Shown: in pieces, positions 58,666 through 64,000 of the stretch
Numbering within the stretch: position 1 is the first letter of the stretch
How the letters are laid out: each line of letters starts with the position of its first letter
Source: an uncultured Hyphomicrobiales bacterium
GTDB taxonomy: Bacteria; Bacteroidota; Ignavibacteria; Kapaibacteriales; UBA7675
Direction of reading: 5' to 3'
Assembly: GCA_964445695.1 (NCBI GenBank)
Contig: CAYULF010000023.1
Span: 20,732 to 84,731, forward strand
DNA: 64,000 nt
Program-made: the position numbers and the translations under genes
The notes under the pieces: generated by a model
The model's database searches: none
Seen by the model: only the letters and a program-made list of their open reading frames with translations
Told to the model about the DNA's origin: nothing

Positions 58666-59820
58666 ATGAAAGAAAGCGAACCCCAAAAGCCCGATACATC
58701 AGCCGCTAATTCGAACTCAAAGAACGCCGGTGAAAAACCGGTCAGCGTTATGCAGCGCCGCTGGCGCAAGTTCAAAAGCATCAAACGCGGCTACTACTCG
58801 TTCTGGATCCTGATCGTAATGTACGTTCTGTCCTTTCTGTTGCCCGTGCTGGTCAACAACAAGGCGCTCATGGTGCATTACGACGGTGAAACCTATTTCC
58901 CCGCATTGCGCGATCTCATCGGCCTCTCGTCCTATTACAGCGGCGAACAGTTTGGACAGACCAGCGCCGTGCAGGGCAACGAAGCCAACTACCGCGACCT
59001 GCAGGATCAGTTTGAAGCGGAGGACGCCGGCAACTGGGTTGTCATGCCTCTCTATCCCTTCGGACCGATCGAAAACCTCAGCATTGAGGAAAACCAGGTC
59101 TTTGCCGCGCCGTTTGAATCCAAAAACGATTCCCGTCCGCGACTGCTAGGCACGGACGACGTCGGCCGCGATGTGTTCTCGCGCATGGCCTACGGATTCA
59201 ACGTTTCTATCTCCTTTGCGCTGATCGTCGCCATTTTTGCCTATCTGATCGGCGTGCCTTTCGGCGCGCTGTCCGGCTACTTTGGCGGCTGGATCGACAT
59301 CCTGCTGCAGCGGGTGGTTGAGATCTGGCTGGCTTTGCCATTTCTTTTCCTCATCATTATTGTCGTCGCGCTGTTGGGGCCAAGTTTTGCACTCCTCGTG
59401 TCCTTGCTGGCCGCTTTTGGTTGGCTTTCGGTTTCGATTCTGATGCGCGCCGAATTCTACCGCGAAAAATCGATGGACTACGTGGCCGCCGCCGTTTCAA
59501 TCGGCGTGCCGACCCACAAAATCCTGCTGAAACATATCCTGCCGAATGCGCTGGTGCCGATCATCACGTATTTCCCATTTGCTATCGTGGCGGGAATCAC
59601 CCAACTCGTCAGCCTCGACTTCCTTGGTTTTGGACTGCCGCCTCCGGCGCCGAGCTGGGGACAGATGGTTGGTGTTGGATTGAAGTATATCACAACCGGG
59701 TACTGGTGGCTGGTGCTTGCACCGCTGACGGCCATGTTTATGACCCTGTTGCTGACGGTATTTATCGGAGAAGGCGTCCGCGAAGCCTACGATCCGAAAA
59801 CATTCTCGCGTCTGCGGTAA
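58666..59820 (+). CDS. Peptide ABC transporter permease (OppC/YejE-like)
   Basis: RRW.KF...KRGY.S, LGTDDVGRD, MRAEF, DYV.AA..IG, HILPN, IGEG.R.A.DP. Confidence 0.92.
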   Translation: MKESEPQKPDTSAANSNSKNAGEKPVSVMQRRWRKFKSIKRGYYSFWILIVMYVLSFLLPVLVNNKALMVHYDGETYFPALRDLIGLSSYYSGEQFGQTSAVQGNEANYRDLQDQFEAEDAGNWVVMPLYPFGPIENLSIEENQVFAAPFESKNDSRPRLLGTDDVGRDVFSRMAYGFNVSISFALIVAIFAYLIGVPFGALSGYFGGWIDILLQRVVEIWLALPFLFLIIIVVALLGPSFALLVSLLAAFGWLSVSILMRAEFYREKSMDYVAAAVSIGVPTHKILLKHILPNALVPIITYFPFAIVAGITQLVSLDFLGFGLPPPAPSWGQMVGVGLKYITTGYWWLVLAPLTAMFMTLLLTVFIGEGVREAYDPKTFSRLR

Positions 59821-59878
59821 TCAATCGGACATCCGAAGACGAGTCCCGCGGAGCAACGCACATCGGCATCAACAACGA

Positions 59879-60946
59879 ATGAATACGCCAGAAACACGCG
59901 ATAAACTGGTTGAAGTACGGGATCTGAAAACCTACTTCACGATCGAAGGCCGCACGGCGAAAGCCGTCGACGGCGTCAGCTTCGATATATACAAAGGCGA
60001 GGTCCTCGGACTCGTGGGCGAATCCGGCTCCGGTAAGTCCGTGACCTCCCTGAGCATCATGAAGCTGATCCCCAATCCGCCCGGCGAAATTGTCAGCGGA
60101 GAAGTGCTCTACCGCGGTCAGGACCTGATCAAACTGTCCTACGAGGACATGTATAAGGTCCGCGGTCGCGAGATCGCCATGATCTTCCAGGAGCCCATGA
60201 CCTCGCTCAATCCCGTCTTCCGGATTGGAATGCAGATCATGGAAGTGATCCTGACACACGAGAACATCAAAGAAGACGAGGCCTTCGGTCGCGCCGTCGA
60301 GATGTTGCGCGCCGTCGGAATTCCCGATCCCGAAAAACGGATGAGGGACTACCCGCACCAGTTCTCCGGCGGTATGCGCCAGCGCGTGATGATCGCCATC
60401 GCCCTGGCCTGCAACCCCGGCCTGTTGATTGCCGACGAACCGACGACGGCGCTCGACGTGACCATCCAGGCGCAAATCCTCGAGCTGATGCTCGAACTCA
60501 AGGAACGGCGTCAGGAAGCTGCCATCCTGCTGATTACGCACGACCTCGCCGTCGTGGCAGAAACCTGCCAGCGCGTGATCGTCATGTACGGCGGCAAGAT
60601 TCAGGAAGTCGCCGAAGTAAAAGAGCTCTTCAACGATCCCAAACACCCCTACACGCGCGGATTGATCGACTCGATTCCGCGTCCGGCGGTGCTCGGTCCC
60701 AAAGAAAGCCACAAACGTCTGCGCGCCATTCCCGGCAATGTGCCGAGCATTATGAACCTGCCGATCGGCTGTAAGTTCTGCACGCGCTGCGAAGTGAAAA
60801 TTGATATCTGCGATACCGTCGAGCCCGATCTCGTCGAAATATCGCCCGGTCACCAGGTGCGCTGTCACCTCGTGTCGCCCGCTTCTGCGGCGGCGCAGAA
60901 CAGCGGCGGCGGCGATGCCGCGGCAGAGGGAGGACAGACGTCATGA
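59879..60946 (+). CDS. oppD: Peptide ABC transporter ATPase (OppD-like)
   Basis: [31 protein letters not shown]-terminal Cys motif. Confidence 0.9.
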   Translation: MNTPETRDKLVEVRDLKTYFTIEGRTAKAVDGVSFDIYKGEVLGLVGESGSGKSVTSLSIMKLIPNPPGEIVSGEVLYRGQDLIKLSYEDMYKVRGREIAMIFQEPMTSLNPVFRIGMQIMEVILTHENIKEDEAFGRAVEMLRAVGIPDPEKRMRDYPHQFSGGMRQRVMIAIALACNPGLLIADEPTTALDVTIQAQILELMLELKERRQEAAILLITHDLAVVAETCQRVIVMYGGKIQEVAEVKELFNDPKHPYTRGLIDSIPRPAVLGPKESHKRLRAIPGNVPSIMNLPIGCKFCTRCEVKIDICDTVEPDLVEISPGHQVRCHLVSPASAAAQNSGGGDAAAEGGQTS

Positions 60947-61959
60947 GCGACAAAAAACGACAGCCTCTGCTCGAAGTCCGCAACCTGAAAGTGCATTTCC
61001 CGATTTTCGGCGGCATCATGCAGCGCCGCGTCGGCGACGTCAAAGCCGTCGACGGCGTCAGTTTTACGCTGTACAAAGGCGAAACGCTGGGATTGGTGGG
61101 CGAGTCCGGCTGCGGTAAAACCACCGTGGGTCGAGCCATCATCAATATTCTGCGTCACGTCTCGCCCGACGTGACGGTCGAAGGTGAAATCCTCTATCAC
61201 TATAAGGGGAAAACCGTCGACCTGGCGCATATGAGCAAGTCGGAAATGTTGCCTTACCGCAGCCAGGTGCAGATGATCTTCCAGGATCCCTATTCCTCGC
61301 TCAACTCGCGTCTGACCGTGCGTCAGATCGTCGCCGAGCCGATGGAATTGCACATGCCGAACCTCAAGCGCAACGAGGTGGACGAGCGCGTCGAGGACCT
61401 GCTCGACAAGGTCGGTCTGCAGCCCGAGTACGCCATGCGTTTTCCGCACGAGTTTTCGGGTGGTCAGCGTCAGCGCATCGGCATTGCGCGCGCATTGTCG
61501 ACGAATCCCGACATCATCATCTGCGATGAGCCCGTCTCCGCGCTCGACGTGTCGGTGCAGGCCCAGGTCATCAACCTGATGGAAGACCTGCAAAAAGAAT
61601 TTGACCTGTCTTACCTGTTCATTGCGCACGACCTTTCCGTCGTGGAGCATATCAGCGACCGGATTGCGGTCATGTACCTCGGCAATATCGCTGAGATCGG
61701 TGAAGCCGACGACGTGTACTTCAAGCCGAAGCACCCCTACAGCAGGGCGCTGCTCTCAGCCGTGCCCGTCGCCGATCCGAATCGCCGCGACCGCAAACGC
61801 CAGGTTCTGGAAGGCGATATTCCCACGCCGCTGGCAAAACCCTCGGGTTGCGGCTTCCGGACGCGCTGTCCGATTGCGCGGCCGGAGTGCGCCGAGAACG
61901 TACCCGAACTGGTCGACAAAGGCGGTGAGCAGATGGTGGCCTGTCCCTACGTGGAATGA
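60943..61959 (+). CDS. oppF: Peptide ABC transporter ATPase (OppF-like)
   Basis: [39 protein letters not shown]. Confidence 0.9.
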   Translation: MSDKKRQPLLEVRNLKVHFPIFGGIMQRRVGDVKAVDGVSFTLYKGETLGLVGESGCGKTTVGRAIINILRHVSPDVTVEGEILYHYKGKTVDLAHMSKSEMLPYRSQVQMIFQDPYSSLNSRLTVRQIVAEPMELHMPNLKRNEVDERVEDLLDKVGLQPEYAMRFPHEFSGGQRQRIGIARALSTNPDIIICDEPVSALDVSVQAQVINLMEDLQKEFDLSYLFIAHDLSVVEHISDRIAVMYLGNIAEIGEADDVYFKPKHPYSRALLSAVPVADPNRRDRKRQVLEGDIPTPLAKPSGCGFRTRCPIARPECAENVPELVDKGGEQMVACPYVE

Positions 61960-61997
61960 TGATGCGCCCGATCTGCGGCGCGTAGTCTTTAAAACTG

Positions 61998-62033
61998 AAA
62001 GAGCTTCCGGATTAGTCCGGAAGCTCTTTTTTT
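61998..62033 (+). terminator. Intrinsic terminator, possibly bidirectional
   Basis: AAAGAGCTTCCGGA-ttag-TCCGGAAGCTCTTT followed by TTTT. Confidence 0.88.
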
Positions 62034-62179
62034 ATAAGCGCGTTTCTCTGGTCATCGGGCAAGGGGACCTGTGATGCGCAGCGCCGGGTCGTCGTTCCGT
62101 TGTCGGTTTGGCCGGCCGTGGTTCATCTGATTCCGCCACGTGTTAACTCACGCATCTTATTGCGGCTGCGCATTCAGGT

Positions 62180-62647
62180 TCAATTCTCTCCGCTGTCGCC
62201 GCTGTTGCCATTGCCGCGGTCTCCGCGTCCGCCGCGCCGTCCTTTGCGTTCACCGCGTTTTTCACGGCGATGTTCAGCCATCTCTTCAAATTTGCTCAGC
62301 TGTTCGGCGTTGAGCACGGCTTTAATCTGTTCGCGGCTGTTTTCGTGGATGGCCATCAGGGCGTCGCGTTTGGCAGCGCGATCGCCGTCCTGATCGCGCA
62401 GGGTTTCAGCCTGTACTTTGGCGCTTTCCAGGATTGCGCGTATCTGGCTGGCCTGGTCGCTGGAGAGATCCAGGTGTTCGGTCATTTTTTCGATGCGTTG
62501 GTCGATGTTGCCGCCCCGTTCGCCACCGCGTTCGTGGCCGGCGCCGCGTTCGCCGCCGCCGCGGGCCTGAACGGCTGGTGCAAAGACGAGGGCAAACAAC
62601 AAACTGCCGAAGATCAGGGCTGCGTTGCGCAATTTCAGCGTTTTCAT
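62180..62647 (-). CDS. Spy/CpxP-like exported helical protein
   Basis: Signal peptide; MTEHLDLSSDQ and VLNAEQ (LTXXQ-like) motifs; RG-rich ends. Confidence 0.75.
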   Translation of the reverse strand: MKTLKLRNAALIFGSLLFALVFAPAVQARGGGERGAGHERGGERGGNIDQRIEKMTEHLDLSSDQASQIRAILESAKVQAETLRDQDGDRAAKRDALMAIHENSREQIKAVLNAEQLSKFEEMAEHRREKRGERKGRRGGRGDRGNGNSGDSGEN

Positions 62648-62728
62648 GACATTCTCTCCCGAGTGATTTGTTCAATGCGCGAACTGTCGTCCGTTTAGCC
62701 GCTTAGAGACAAACCCGCCGCAAATGGT

Positions 62729-63154
62729 TTAAATCAGGGAGCCGAAAGGAAATTTATTGTGAAATTTCTCGCTGATCACCAGGTACTGGACGTATTGCTG
62801 CGGCTGCAGCGCGCCGCGCAATTCGGTGTCGAACTTCGTGCGGCGCGTCCCCGCAAACTTTTTCTCCCACGCCTCTTGTGATCCCAGCGCATTGTATTCC
62901 TCGTACGACTCGTAGCAATTGGCCGCCACGATGTCTTCAATCGCCGGCAGCTGGGCGTCCGTTAACTTGAGTTTGCGCTGCAGGAAGTCGACGCGTTCGC
63001 CGATCAGCTGTTTGAAGTTGATGCTGTCTTTGGCCGGAGTCAATTGCGGAAGTTTTTGCTCCTGTTTCTGCGAGCCGGCGAAGGCGGCGGGACAAACAAG
63101 AAAATTCATCCAAGCCGGGATCAGAAGAAAGAGGAAATAGTGGAAACGTCGCAT
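62729..63154 (-). CDS. Spy/CpxP-like exported helical protein
   Basis: Signal peptide; LKLTDAQ and ALQPQQ motifs. Confidence 0.65.
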   Translation of the reverse strand: MRRFHYFLFLLIPAWMNFLVCPAAFAGSQKQEQKLPQLTPAKDSINFKQLIGERVDFLQRKLKLTDAQLPAIEDIVAANCYESYEEYNALGSQEAWEKKFAGTRRTKFDTELRGALQPQQYVQYLVISEKFHNKFPFGSLI

Positions 63155-63227
63155 TAAACAAACCTGCACGTTGAGGCCCCTGTGTTAAAGGAGCTGGTTA
63201 AACAAAGAGTTAAACGGAAACCGATAC

Positions 63228-63258
63228 AAAAAAGGCGCACCACAAATTGCGATGCGCC
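63228..63258 (-). terminator. Intrinsic terminator after 63296-63811
   Basis: GGCGCA..TGCGCC stem with A6 run on the + strand. Confidence 0.6.
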
Positions 63259-63295
63259 GATGTTACTGTCCTTGTACCACGTCTGAACGAGTGGT

Positions 63296-63811
63296 TTATT
63301 TGCCGCTGCCGCGCGGGCTGCGCTTTTGCTGGTCTTTTGCGTCTTTGCCGCGACCGGCGTTTTTACCCTGACCTTTTTTGTTCATCTCGGCAAACGTGGC
63401 GGCCTGCTCTTCCGTCAGGACGGCCGTCACGGCTGCGTCGAACTGCGTGTCTGCGGCGAGTTTAATCTCGCGATATTCGTCGCGCTTGGTGCGTTTGTCG
63501 CGTGCGTCCAGCATGGTTTGTTCGCGGACTTCAATCAGCGTGCGGACGGTGTCCTGTTGCTGCTCGGTCAGCGTCAGTTTGTCCGTCAGCGCCTTCAGGA
63601 TTTTATCGACTTTTTTGTCCTGCTGGGCTTCGGTAACTTTCTCAGGTTTAACTTTCTTGACGTTTTTGGGGTTTTTGGCCTGCACGTCGATCTTCTCGCC
63701 CTGCACGGGGATTTTCTCGCCTTGCGCCTGGGCCATGAGCGGTGAGTGGGACAGGCTGCACACAAATCCAAGGGCGACGCAGAAGGTCGCGACTTTAGCA
63801 ATAAACCTCAT
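63296..63811 (-). CDS. Spy/CpxP-like exported helical protein
   Basis: Signal peptide; LTLTEQQ and VLTEEQ motifs; QGEKI duplication. Confidence 0.75.
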   Translation of the reverse strand: MRFIAKVATFCVALGFVCSLSHSPLMAQAQGEKIPVQGEKIDVQAKNPKNVKKVKPEKVTEAQQDKKVDKILKALTDKLTLTEQQQDTVRTLIEVREQTMLDARDKRTKRDEYREIKLAADTQFDAAVTAVLTEEQAATFAEMNKKGQGKNAGRGKDAKDQQKRSPRGSGK

Positions 63812-64000
63812 AGCAGTACTCCATGGAGCATTATGATGCTGAGCCGCAGCGCGCGATATTGCTGACGCGCCCGGCAAAACACAAATTTGCGAAAAATTGG
63901 AGTGCGAACGCAAAAATTTTTGCAGTGTACGGACGTGTAGATCGGTCAAATCTCGACGTGCCGTCGGGACCAACACGAAAACGAAAGGACAGGGCAATGG

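Overview
GC-rich chromosomal segment from a bacterium with a type IX secretion system (T9SS). The FCB group, possibly Ignavibacteria/Kapabacteria-like, is inferred from T9SS C-terminal domains, a CxxxY-type CcmE and gene content. 1-15.5 kb: RidA; a cytochrome c maturation cluster (ccmB-C-D-E-E'-F) interleaved with two IgGFc-binding/beta-barrel paralogs; a DUF1800/DUF1501 pair. 15.6-33.6 kb: a visibly more AT-rich accessory region with DUF2589-like genes, two paralogous lipoproteins, two TPR-like regulators and two large T9SS cargo proteins (one an S8 protease). This region is bracketed and subdivided by four same-orientation copies of a ~430-520 bp non-coding element, and a fifth diverged copy lies at 42.9-43.2 kb. 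Each copy has two phased 21-bp box arrays around a core; in copies 1-4 the core is a conserved hairpin and G-quadruplex-motif sequence. This is the best candidate for an undescribed system. 33.7-64 kb: housekeeping genes (rnr, GAF-GGDEF, NUDIX, ndk, sucD, folD, tatAB, pssA/psd, dnaN-recF-dciA-gyrB, rsfS), a peptide ABC transporter with two binding proteins, and three Spy/CpxP-like genes. No rRNA, tRNA, CRISPR array, integrase or transposase was recognised. All family calls are by eye; no database search was run.
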